Shown: positions 29,203 through 37,871 of the stretch, piece by piece
Layout: every line of letters begins with the position of its first letter
Position numbering within the stretch: the first letter of the stretch is position 1
NCBI GenBank assembly: GCA_040830765.1
Contig: JBFOMH010000008.1
Span: 1 to 49,417, forward strand
Length of the DNA: 49,417 bases
From: Puniceicoccaceae bacterium
GTDB lineage: Bacteria > Verrucomicrobiota > Verrucomicrobiia > Opitutales > Oceanipulchritudinaceae
Direction of reading: 5' to 3'
Program-made: the position numbers and the translations under genes
Notes under the pieces: generated by a model
The model's input: only the letters and a program-made list of their open reading frames with translations
Told to the model about the DNA's origin: nothing
Databases searched by the model: none

Positions 29203-29269
29203 GTCTCGGTGCCTCAAGAGGAATATGAAATTCTTCAGGATGTCAAAAGCGCTCTTCTGCGATTGTCAC

Positions 29270-29300
29270 AAAATAAACAGGGCGGCCGAAGCCGCCCCTG
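29270..29300 (-). terminator. Rho-independent terminator
   Basis: The minus strand reads CAGGGGCGGC-TTCG-GCCGCCCTG-TTTATTTT: GC stem, cUUCGg tetraloop and U tract. Confidence 0.85.
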
Positions 29301-29425
29301 GCAGTGTGAGTTGATCTAGATGGCAGGGGATGCACCCGAGGAATCCCTGATGGGAATTCCGAGGAACCAGGTGCCTCCCCCATGTCATGTGGAGATTGTT
29401 GCGCTCAAATGCGTGTGTTCCCTTT
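29270..29425 (-). ncRNA. Candidate ~150-nt structured sRNA or attenuated leader
   Basis: Bounded by a promoter-like motif at 29432-29460 and a terminator at 29270-29300. Internal hairpins include GCACC...GGAATTCCC-ATCA-GGGATTCC...GGTGC. Confidence 0.5.
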
Positions 29426-29431
29426 TAAATG

Positions 29432-29460
29432 CATGCGTCTTTCACGGTTTTCAGGGGTCA
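29432..29460 (-). promoter_or_regulatory. Putative ECF-sigma promoter TGACCC-N17-CGCATG
   Basis: Same two boxes and the same 17-bp spacer as the motif upstream of the kinase gene. Confidence 0.6.
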
Positions 29461-29502
29461 GGAAAGTCCAAATCCATTCTCCAGGTGACCCCAAAAACGC
29501 CT

Positions 29503-29531
29503 TTGACAAAAATGAACGGCCAAATTAGCAT
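29503..29531 (+). promoter_or_regulatory. Sigma70 promoter of the ECF gene
   Basis: TTGACA (29503-29508), 17-bp spacer, TAGCAT (29526-29531). Confidence 0.7.
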
Positions 29532-29584
29532 TTTCCTTTCCTGCACAAGCAGCCCCCGGTGCCGCCAACAATCAGTGTGAGTCC

Positions 29585-30112
29585 ATGCAATCTCCGCCGG
29601 CAGAGGTCCTGGATGCCCTATTTGGGGACGTTTACAACGAGCTGCGCAAGATGGCTCGCGGTCTACTGGTGAACACGCCCCCGAACCGGACCATCCAGGC
29701 AACCGTCCTGGTCCATGAGGCTTACCTGCGGCTCAGCCACACCTACAGGAAGGACTCCGTTAACCGGGCCCACTTCTTCGGGGCAGCGGCCAAGGCCATG
29801 CGGCGGATACTTATTGAGGATGCCCGGCGCAAGCTGAGCCAAAAGCGCGGTGGCAAGTGGTCACGTGTTCCCTTGTGGGAGGTTCAGGTGGCCACAGACG
29901 CCGATCCGGAACTCCTGCTTAGCATCGATGAAGCCCTGAACCGGCTGGCAGTGAACCATCCGGTCGAGGAGGAGGTCGTCCGGCTGATGTTCTTTGCCGG
30001 CCTGACCCAGGCCGAGACAGGTGAATGCCTGAACATTTCTGAACGGACGGTGAAGCGCTACTGGGCATTTGCCAGGTCCTGGCTTTTCGCCGAATTGAAC
30101 GCCAAGGATTGA
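29585..30112 (+). CDS. ECF sigma factor, TIGR02999/ECF43-like kinase-associated type
   Basis: VYNELRKMAR, TIQATVLVHEAYLRL, AMRRILIEDARRK..QKRGG and ISERTVKRYWAFARSWL. Confidence 0.9.
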   Translation: MQSPPAEVLDALFGDVYNELRKMARGLLVNTPPNRTIQATVLVHEAYLRLSHTYRKDSVNRAHFFGAAAKAMRRILIEDARRKLSQKRGGKWSRVPLWEVQVATDADPELLLSIDEALNRLAVNHPVEEEVVRLMFFAGLTQAETGECLNISERTVKRYWAFARSWLFAELNAKD

Positions 30113-30131
30113 CCCGCTGGGCCTTCAGCAG

Positions 30132-30160
30132 TGTCCCATTCAGGGTCTGAATAACGCATG
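30132..30160 (+). promoter_or_regulatory. Putative ECF-sigma promoter TGTCCC-N17-CGCATG
   Basis: Lies in the 60-bp gap between the ECF and kinase genes, 12 nt before ATG 30173. Matches the motif at 29432-29460. Confidence 0.6.
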
Positions 30161-30172
30161 AATTAAGAGACG

Positions 30173-33100
30173 ATGTCCTGTGATGATCCATCTGACAAAA
30201 TCCCTCTATTATTCGAGGAGTGCATTGAAATCAAGGACCCGGAAAAGCGGGAGGAGTACCTCAATGCGGCTTGTGCCGGTTGCGCCAAGGTCCGCGCGGA
30301 GATAGAAAAGCTGCTCCGTGCCCATGAGGCTTCGGGGAGTTTCCTCATGGGAGGCACGCCACCGGGCGTGGCCATGGCCGAAGCGAATATTGACGTTCCC
30401 GACTTCAAGCCGGGTGAGTGCGTTGGCAAATACCGCCTCATGGGGCTAATCGGGGAAGGGAGCACATCGACCGTCTTCCTCGCCGAACAGGAGGAACCGG
30501 TCCGCCGGTGGGTGGCGCTGAAAATCGTCAAACCGGGAATGGACAGCCGCAAGGTCATCCTTCGATTCGGCCTTGAAAGGCAAGCACTTGCCCTGATGGA
30601 TCATCCAGGCATCGCCAAACTCCTTGACGCCGGTGCGACCTCCAACGGGCGGCCGTTCTTCGTCATGGAGCTGGTCTCCGGAACCAGCATCACCCGGTAC
30701 TGCGACGAGCATGAACTCACCCTCCGGGAACGCCTCGAGTTGTTTATCCAGATTTGCAACGCGGTCTTCCATGCCCACCAGCGGGGAATCATTCACCGGG
30801 ACCTTAAACCAGACAATGTCCTGGTCAGTGAGGTCGACGGGCGAACCGTTTTAAAGATTGTCGATTTTGGCATCGCCAAGGTCTTGCACACCTGGGGTGC
30901 CAGTAACGCCACCCGGACAAGTCTGATGCCGTTTATCGGAACGCCGGCCTACATGAGTCCGGAGCAGGTGCAAATGGACTCAACGGCCCTCGATACGCGG
31001 ACGGACATTTACTCCCTGGGCGCCCTCCTGTATGAACTCCTGGTGGGCCATCCACCCTTCGATCCGGAATTCCTGATCGCTGCAGGGCTTGAGGAAATGT
31101 GCCGCATCATCCGCGTTGTCGAACCCGCGGCCCCCTCGGAACGATTTGCCAGCCTGTTGCCCGGGGAACAGGAAAAAATTGCCGAGGCCAGAGGCACCAC
31201 ACCGGGTGAATTGCGCCGTCGCCTGATTGGGGATCTCGACTGGATAACAATCAAGGCCTTGGAAAAGCCACGGGGCCGCCGCTATGGGACAGCCTCAAGC
31301 TTTGCCAGGGATATTAAAAATTACTTTGAGCATCTGCCCGTCTCCGCGGCCAAGCCGAGCCGGCGTTATCGGCTGGCCAAGCTGATGAAGCGTCAACGAA
31401 AGCTGGTCCTGACAGGAAGCATTGCCGCAGCCCTCCTGTTCGCCAGTACGGTGATGGTCACGGTCATGGGGATCCACGCCCGGATCAGTGAAAAACAAGC
31501 CATCGAATCCGAACTGGCAGCGATGGAAGCTGAAAAGCATTCCCATGAGGCCATGGTCTCCATGCATGTTTCTTCGGGCATGGCCGCGGTGGATAACAAC
31601 CGGCCCGATCAAGCAGTCCTGTGGTTTGCCAACGCGGCCCTGAAGGCAGGTGCTGAAAACCGCCAGGCAGACGTCAATTTACGACGGGCCATGTGCTGGA
31701 TGGCCGAGACACCTATTCCCATCGGGGCCTTCAAGCTTGAACCGTCCTTTGCCGAGTTGCGCTTCAGCAGCGATTCCCGCTTCCTTCTGGCCCTTGACGG
31801 GACCGGCAACTGGGAAATCTGGGATGCCCGCATCCGGGATTCACTCCCTTGGACAAAAGAAGTGGGGCCTGTCATAAAGGCCGCATGGAGTCCTTCCGGA
31901 TCCAATCTGGCCGTCATAACCACCGATGGATTGATCGCCCTCTATGAGGCATCCAGCGGTAACCTCCTGCACTCCCTTGAGGTTGACTCATTTCCTGTCT
32001 CCCTGGGCTTCAGCACCGACTCCCGTTACCTCGTATTCGGGAATTCATCCCTTCACGTTTTCGATCTCCAATCCGCCAGCATAGTCCGGGAAATCCCCAA
32101 GTTGCAGGAGGCCTTTGTCGGTTTTGAGTTTTCCTCCAACTCCAACCAAATCGTCGGCGTTACGACGGATGGCTGGGTCAATATTTTCTCCCTTGGACTC
32201 GAGGACCCTCTCGAAGAAACCGGCAAACCTTATCCCCATACAACAGCCATCCGGTCCGAGTCCTGTTCCAGCCGAAGCAACTACCAGCATGAATTCCTGA
32301 GGACTCCCAGGATGTCCATGCCCGCACTGGCTGATTCCGACCAGCGGCTTCTGACCCGAACCGGTGCCTACGAGGTCTCGCTTTGGGATCTTGGCACAGG
32401 TAACCGGATCCAGAAAGTCGAGTCGGCCTGTTGTAGCTGCAAATTCATTACAAGTCCGGAATCCGGTGCGCTTGCCTGCGGCCTGCAGGGCGGAAAAATC
32501 GGCTTGTGGGACATTGCCACCGGGAAGCCCATCCAGCTGCTCCCCTCCACTGGCGGCTGTATCCTGGACATTGCCTTTGGCATGGGCGGCAAGCGACTGG
32601 TCACGGCCGGTGCAGATGGCATGGCGCATGTCTGGGCTGTCGAGGAGGGAAAGGAAGTTCAATCCCCCATGCACCATTGCAGTGACGTGGACTGGGTAGC
32701 GTTTTCAAACAATGGGAAAATGGTCGCATCCGTCCAATCGGACGGCCTCGTCCGCATCTGGAACGTGTTTGACCTCAAGCCGGATGAGCACCAGCCCAGC
32801 GGATTTGCTGTACCGACAATGGTCCATATGGACCCAGCTGGAAGTCACTTCATCCTGACCCGCGAACCCGGCTGGCAAGCCAGCGCGGAGGCCTGCATCA
32901 GCCAGGCCTCGGTGTTTTCAACCTATACTGGATTACCGATCGGTTCGACCTTGCAATACAACGGCTGCGTCGAGGCTGCCGCCTTTTCTCCCGATTCCGG
33001 CATGCTGGCCGTCGGCATGGCACCCTGTGAAAGTGAGGATACCGGCCGGCTCGATTTCTACGATCTGGCCATTGGTCTAAAAAGTGTCACTGGCTTCGCC

Positions 33101-34132
33101 CTTCCGTCCGCACCGGATTCAATCGCCTGGAGCCCGACGGATGGAAACGTCGCTGTCCTTTGCCACTTTGGCGAACTCTTGATGGCCCGGCCCGGTCCTG
33201 ATATGCCCGTTCAGTGGAACGCTGCCTTTGAATCGGACAGGCGCTACCAGAACCAGCAGGTCGCCTTTACACCTGATGGCCAAACGCTTGTCTGCCTCGG
33301 CCGTGATGGGCGCATCCTCGTCCGTGATGCCAGGACGGGTTCTGTCCGCTATCCACCCTTGCTCGCCGGTATTGAGGGTTTCTGGTCCTTTACGCTCTCC
33401 GAGGACAGCCGCCACATGGCAACTTCCACCGTCAATGGGGAAGTGAGAATTTGGGATCTGCTGGAAGGGACCCCGGTCGGCCATGAGCTGACGCATCCAA
33501 GTTGGGTCTATCGCTGTCGTTTCAGTTCAGACGAGCAAATCCTTGTCACTGCGGGACATGATGGAAAGGTGCGGTTATGGAACTGGCGGGAAGGCCGCCT
33601 GGTGACCGAGCCCATGCTCCATCCCCGGGAGGTCTATGACGCTGTGTTCAGTCCTGACGACAAATGGATTCTGACCGCCTGCCGGGACGGGAACATCCGC
33701 ATTTGGGATACGGACCGAGGCCAGCTGCTGGCACCCCCGGTCAAGGTTGGCCTGCAGGCATTCAATGTCCAGGTCACACCTGATGGGGGACGGGCGGTTC
33801 TTGGCAACCTCGGGAACGATGTTTCCATCCTCTCGCTGGACTTGCTGACGGGAGAGCTACCTTACAGCACGGACGACCTTTGCCTGATCGGTGAAGTGGT
33901 TTCCAGTTGCACGGTGGAGTCCGGTTCCATCCGGGACCTGACCTCCGAGGAGTGGCTCGAGCGATACAACCGTATCAGTCGGCTCCATCCTGAGGCGCTG
34001 CAGTCCGGGCAGGCTTATCGCCTGGAAAACCTATCCGTCGAGAAAGCCTCAATATTCCCCACGCCGCTCGGTTCACGGCCGGAACTGCAACGCGAGGGCA
34101 AATACGGCGCTGGGCTTGGACTCGTACCGTAG
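30173..34132 (+). CDS. Hanks-type Ser/Thr protein kinase with TM segment and WD40 repeats
   Basis: VALK, HRDLKPDN, DFG and GTPAYMSPEQ; hydrophobic segment LVLTGSIAAALLFASTVMVTVMGI; many WD/WN-terminated repeats. Confidence 0.93.
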   Translation: MSCDDPSDKIPLLFEECIEIKDPEKREEYLNAACAGCAKVRAEIEKLLRAHEASGSFLMGGTPPGVAMAEANIDVPDFKPGECVGKYRLMGLIGEGSTSTVFLAEQEEPVRRWVALKIVKPGMDSRKVILRFGLERQALALMDHPGIAKLLDAGATSNGRPFFVMELVSGTSITRYCDEHELTLRERLELFIQICNAVFHAHQRGIIHRDLKPDNVLVSEVDGRTVLKIVDFGIAKVLHTWGASNATRTSLMPFIGTPAYMSPEQVQMDSTALDTRTDIYSLGALLYELLVGHPPFDPEFLIAAGLEEMCRIIRVVEPAAPSERFASLLPGEQEKIAEARGTTPGELRRRLIGDLDWITIKALEKPRGRRYGTASSFARDIKNYFEHLPVSAAKPSRRYRLAKLMKRQRKLVLTGSIAAALLFASTVMVTVMGIHARISEKQAIESELAAMEAEKHSHEAMVSMHVSSGMAAVDNNRPDQAVLWFANAALKAGAENRQADVNLRRAMCWMAETPIPIGAFKLEPSFAELRFSSDSRFLLALDGTGNWEIWDARIRDSLPWTKEVGPVIKAAWSPSGSNLAVITTDGLIALYEASSGNLLHSLEVDSFPVSLGFSTDSRYLVFGNSSLHVFDLQSASIVREIPKLQEAFVGFEFSSNSNQIVGVTTDGWVNIFSLGLEDPLEETGKPYPHTTAIRSESCSSRSNYQHEFLRTPRMSMPALADSDQRLLTRTGAYEVSLWDLGTGNRIQKVESACCSCKFITSPESGALACGLQGGKIGLWDIATGKPIQLLPSTGGCILDIAFGMGGKRLVTAGADGMAHVWAVEEGKEVQSPMHHCSDVDWVAFSNNGKMVASVQSDGLVRIWNVFDLKPDEHQPSGFAVPTMVHMDPAGSHFILTREPGWQASAEACISQASVFSTYTGLPIGSTLQYNGCVEAAAFSPDSGMLAVGMAPCESEDTGRLDFYDLAIGLKSVTGFALPSAPDSIAWSPTDGNVAVLCHFGELLMARPGPDMPVQWNAAFESDRRYQNQQVAFTPDGQTLVCLGRDGRILVRDARTGSVRYPPLLAGIEGFWSFTLSEDSRHMATSTVNGEVRIWDLLEGTPVGHELTHPSWVYRCRFSSDEQILVTAGHDGKVRLWNWREGRLVTEPMLHPREVYDAVFSPDDKWILTACRDGNIRIWDTDRGQLLAPPVKVGLQAFNVQVTPDGGRAVLGNLGNDVSILSLDLLTGELPYSTDDLCLIGEVVSSCTVESGSIRDLTSEEWLERYNRISRLHPEALQSGQAYRLENLSVEKASIFPTPLGSRPELQREGKYGAGLGLVP

Positions 34133-35014
34133 GGCATCCGAGTCGCCCAGTTCCCAACCGCGAAGGCCTGCCATTCCACCACTGGCAACCAGCCAGAAAT
34201 GTGAATACAGACGATAGCCAATTCCCGCCTGTAAATTCCATGAGCCAAGGTATTCCGTAATCTCGTAGGAATCCCGGCGGCGTACCCAGGAACCCCCGCC
34301 GGGAGCAAGTCCCAGTTGCAGGATCCAGTTCTTGTCCGGGGCATAGACAATGGTCGGCCAGGGAAAGACAAGCGCCACCGACCATTTGGAGTTGGGAATC
34401 CAGTTTACCCCGAGATAGGGATAAGCTGCGTGCTGCCCGAAATTGTTGTGATACACTCCCCCATAGAGGAATTGCAGGGTGTCACTGAAGTAATGCATGG
34501 CGACAATACCCCCATATCCACTAAAGCCCCATGGCCCACCGCTTTTCAGCTCCTTGCTGATCATCGGGGCCACAAAAACCCCTACCAGATCGTCGCGGCT
34601 GGCCTGTTTCAGCCAGGCCGCAACAGGGGTCAGCCGCAAAACACGCTGGTCCCGGAATGGACCTGTCTTGACCCCGACAAAGTCCATCGTGAGGTCCCCT
34701 CCGACAAGCACCATTTCCCGCTTGCGCACATCGACCGGATAAACCGCGCCCGCGGAAAAGGTATTTTGCGCAATCGTAACGTTGGGAAGGTTTCCGCGCT
34801 TGGGCTCAAATCCGGCATTCGGATAATAGGTGTCCTGAACCCAGCCAAGCGGAAGAAACGGAACGTCCGAGACCGACCGGGCAAAGCGAAATTCACTCTC
34901 CCGGACTGCCTCCAGGACTTCCTGCATCCCGCCATGGGCAACTGTCCCAGCGAGGAAAAGATTCAAGAGGAGGAATACGGATTGCCTTCCGAAACTAGGC
35001 TTCATGAAGGCCAT
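34073..35014 (-). CDS. Putative outer-membrane beta-barrel protein (DUF6268-like)
   Basis: Signal peptide, YPYLGVNW.P...W...LVFP pattern, alternating beta strands and C-terminal FALALQFRP. Start uncertain (35005/35014/35047). Confidence 0.6.
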   Translation of the reverse strand: MAFMKPSFGRQSVFLLLNLFLAGTVAHGGMQEVLEAVRESEFRFARSVSDVPFLPLGWVQDTYYPNAGFEPKRGNLPNVTIAQNTFSAGAVYPVDVRKREMVLVGGDLTMDFVGVKTGPFRDQRVLRLTPVAAWLKQASRDDLVGVFVAPMISKELKSGGPWGFSGYGGIVAMHYFSDTLQFLYGGVYHNNFGQHAAYPYLGVNWIPNSKWSVALVFPWPTIVYAPDKNWILQLGLAPGGGSWVRRRDSYEITEYLGSWNLQAGIGYRLYSHFWLVASGGMAGLRGWELGDSDALRYESKPSAVFALALQFRP

Positions 35015-35052
35015 ATCGTTGGTTTTGATAAAGGAAATGTCCAGCACTCAGG

Positions 35053-36114
35053 TCAGGACACAACCTTGTGTCCGCGATTCAGGACGGTGTTTCCATCTTG
35101 CCACGAAGGAGCAATCAAGACCGCCCGCGGCTCCGCTTCAATGCCCGTTTCGCCCCGGTGAATCAAACCTACCAAGGTATCGACAGCAGCCTCCCCGGTA
35201 TGGTTATTGTGCTGGTGCATGCCTGCCCAGCGGTTGTTCTGTCGACGCCATTCCAGCTGGATCAGCCCGATGTCCTTGGGGACACGAAAGCCCAACTCCT
35301 TCAGCCAATCCTCCACATTGTTGTAGAGGGTGAAAATGACATCCGGCCGCTCCACTTCCATCCAGCCGGCGAACAGTTCCGGCTCCGCTTCAACCCGCTG
35401 CGTCTCGTAGAACGGGCGAAGACGATTCGTCTCCGGAAGCTGCAGTTGTCCGTAAAGGTAACCCGCAGAAAAGCGGCCCTCAACAAGGCGGTCAATGTCA
35501 CCATCTAGAACCAGGCCCGGACGCCGGTAGCCCAGCCGCAGCGCATTTTCCACTGCCTGGAAGGCCAATCCATGATGATCCGTGCAGACATAGGGTAGCG
35601 TCGGCTCATGGGTCCTGACACCGGTTACCACGGCAGGCAGGTTGCGGGCCACGGGTAATAGCTTTTCCGGAAAATTCGCATCATCCATCAAGCCGACGAT
35701 CAGGGCTCCCTTGATGCCGCGGGCAGTCATAACCGAACACAACCGCTCTCCGCTCATATCCGGTTCATATAACCAGAACGTATCCAGACTGTAGCCCATC
35801 AGCTCCGCCCGTCCCCGTGCACCGGCTACATATTCCGGTATGGTTGGGTGCCGCACGAACGCCTGCCGGTCCTCATTGGCATTAACCAGTGCCAACGTCG
35901 CCCGGTATTGGTCATGCGTGCGGATGCGTGACAAGACCTGACCCAGGGCCGGATTCAACTTGTAGCCCAGTTCTTCCGCCGCCGCCTGGACCCGCGCCTT
36001 CATCTTCTTCGAAACTTCCGGACTGTTCCGCAAGGCCAGCGAGACGGTCGCCTTCGAAATCCCCAGCCGTTCCGCTATGGTCTTCATCGATACCCGCTGT
36101 GGTCGTTCTTTCAT
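35053..36114 (-). CDS. LacI-family transcriptional regulator (probable ara regulator)
   Basis: SMKTIAERLGISKATVSLALRN HTH; divergent from araBAD. Confidence 0.9.
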   Translation of the reverse strand: MKERPQRVSMKTIAERLGISKATVSLALRNSPEVSKKMKARVQAAAEELGYKLNPALGQVLSRIRTHDQYRATLALVNANEDRQAFVRHPTIPEYVAGARGRAELMGYSLDTFWLYEPDMSGERLCSVMTARGIKGALIVGLMDDANFPEKLLPVARNLPAVVTGVRTHEPTLPYVCTDHHGLAFQAVENALRLGYRRPGLVLDGDIDRLVEGRFSAGYLYGQLQLPETNRLRPFYETQRVEAEPELFAGWMEVERPDVIFTLYNNVEDWLKELGFRVPKDIGLIQLEWRRQNNRWAGMHQHNNHTGEAAVDTLVGLIHRGETGIEAEPRAVLIAPSWQDGNTVLNRGHKVVS

Positions 36115-36121
36115 CTCAACT

Positions 36122-36134
36122 CTTAACAGTTAAG
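36122..36134. promoter_or_regulatory. Putative LacI operator palindrome
   Basis: Perfect palindrome CTTAAC-A-GTTAAG in the lacI/araB intergenic region. Confidence 0.55.
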
Positions 36135-36182
36135 CCCCGGTGGACTTTTTCAAGCGGGAAAGGGAGGATTAGAGTTGAGGGC

Positions 36183-37847
36183 ATGAAAACAACACTGGGC
36201 ATAGATTTTGGAACCAATTCGGTAAGAAGCCTCATTGTACGGACAGACGGCGGGGAGCTGGCCTCCTCTGTTGTCAGCTATCCGTCGGGAGATCAGGGAA
36301 TCCTGCTGGCCGACGGCGATGCCCATTTGGCGCGGCAGCACCCCGGGGATTACATGGCTTCCCTTGAACGGGCGACACTGGAGGCGATTGAACTGGCAAA
36401 ACAGGCAGACCCGGGCTTTGACGTGGACAGCATCATCGGCATCGGGGTGGACACAACCGGCTCGAGCCCGATACCGGTGAACGAGAAAAACGAGGCACTG
36501 GGAATGCTGCCCCCGTGGCAGGACAACCTCGATGCGCAGTGCTGGTTGTGGAAGGATCACACCAGTTACGCCGAGGCGGAGAAAATCACCGCCCTTGCCC
36601 GGGAGCACCGGCCGGAGTATGTGGCACGCACCGGCGGCACCTATTCCTCGGAGTGGTGGTGGAGCAAGATTTGGCACTGCCTGAATAATTCCCCCGATGT
36701 CTTTGATGCAGCCTATTCATGGGTGGAACTGGCGGATTGGATTCCCGCGCAACTGGGAGGCGTGACCAATCCGCTGAAGGTCAAGCGAGGCGTTTGCGCA
36801 GCCGGACACAAAGCCTTCTACGCTGATGAATGGGGGGGGCTGCCGGACAAGGAATTCCTCGCCATGCTGGATCCCAGAATGGCGGAGCTCAAGGACCGCC
36901 TCTACGAGAAGGCAGAAGACGCATCAGTAGCTGCAGGCGTATTGTCACAAGAGTGGGCTGAACGTCTTGGCATCCCATCCGGGATTCCCATCGGCATGGG
37001 GGCCTTTGATGTCCATTACGGAGCCGTTGGCTGCGGAGTCCGGGAAGGGACGCTGGTCAAGGTCATCGGTACCTCGACCTGCGACTGCGGAGTGGTCGAG
37101 GCCGGCGAAAGTTTCCCCGACGTTCCGGGAATCTGCGGCATTGTCCGCGGCTCGATCCTGCCAGGCTTCCTCGGCATCGAGGCAGGTCAATCTGCCGTCG
37201 GCGACCTCTTCAAATGGTGGGTCGAAGGCGTTTGCGAGGGAAGCGAAAGCCACCATGCCAAATTGACGGAGGCTGCCTCCAAGCTGGCCCCCGGCCAGAG
37301 TGGGCTCCTGGCCCTCGACTGGAACAACGGCAACCGGACGGTGCTCGTTGACCAGCGCCTGACCGGCCTTATCCTGGGCCAGACGCTGCGGACCACCCAG
37401 GCGGAGATTTATCGTGCCCTTATCGAGGCCACGGCTTTCGGCGCCCGTATTATCCTTGAGCGCATGGAGTCCTGTGGCATTCCGGTTGAACGGATTGTCT
37501 GCGCCGGCGGTATTGCGGAGAAAAACCCGATGCTGATGCAGATCTATGCCGACATCACCGGCCGGGAAATGCTGGTTTCCGGATCGTCCCAGGCTTGTGC
37601 GCTCGGTTCAGCGGTGGTCGCCGCGGTCCTGGCAGGAAAGGAAAAGGGCGGTCATGATGACTTCCCCACCGCCCAAGCCGCCATGACCAGCTTGAAGGAT
37701 GTGATCTACAAGCCGGATGCGGACAACCATGCCATTTACAGCCGGATATTCGCCTTGTATCAAAAAGTTCACGACAACTTTGGCGGCGTGGCGGTTACGG
37801 ACCTCGCTCCGGTCATGAAGGACCTGCTCGAGATCAAGCAGGGCTGA
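36183..37847 (+). CDS. araB: Ribulokinase
   Basis: LGIDFGTNSVR, GVDTTGSSP, LWKDH, YSSEWWW, GTSTCD, EAGQSAVGD and DWNNGNRT. Start trimmed to MKTTLG. Confidence 0.93.
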   Translation: MKTTLGIDFGTNSVRSLIVRTDGGELASSVVSYPSGDQGILLADGDAHLARQHPGDYMASLERATLEAIELAKQADPGFDVDSIIGIGVDTTGSSPIPVNEKNEALGMLPPWQDNLDAQCWLWKDHTSYAEAEKITALAREHRPEYVARTGGTYSSEWWWSKIWHCLNNSPDVFDAAYSWVELADWIPAQLGGVTNPLKVKRGVCAAGHKAFYADEWGGLPDKEFLAMLDPRMAELKDRLYEKAEDASVAAGVLSQEWAERLGIPSGIPIGMGAFDVHYGAVGCGVREGTLVKVIGTSTCDCGVVEAGESFPDVPGICGIVRGSILPGFLGIEAGQSAVGDLFKWWVEGVCEGSESHHAKLTEAASKLAPGQSGLLALDWNNGNRTVLVDQRLTGLILGQTLRTTQAEIYRALIEATAFGARIILERMESCGIPVERIVCAGGIAEKNPMLMQIYADITGREMLVSGSSQACALGSAVVAAVLAGKEKGGHDDFPTAQAAMTSLKDVIYKPDADNHAIYSRIFALYQKVHDNFGGVAVTDLAPVMKDLLEIKQG

Positions 37848-37871
37848 ACAAGAGTAATTTTCACAATCAAA

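Noticed and set aside
29266..29388. 40-codon minus-strand ORF (MTWGRH...GCIPCH...) containing CxxCH inside the candidate RNA
   Set aside because: It runs through the terminator and has no SD or signal peptide, so CxxCH is probably chance. It cannot be fully excluded without ribosome profiling.
35889..36182. N-terminal extensions of called ORFs (araB from 35889; also ada from 21430, DUF4153 from 23582, Gfo from 21510, LysM from 49236)
   Set aside because: They overlap neighbouring genes or promoter regions, and family homology starts at the downstream ATGs.
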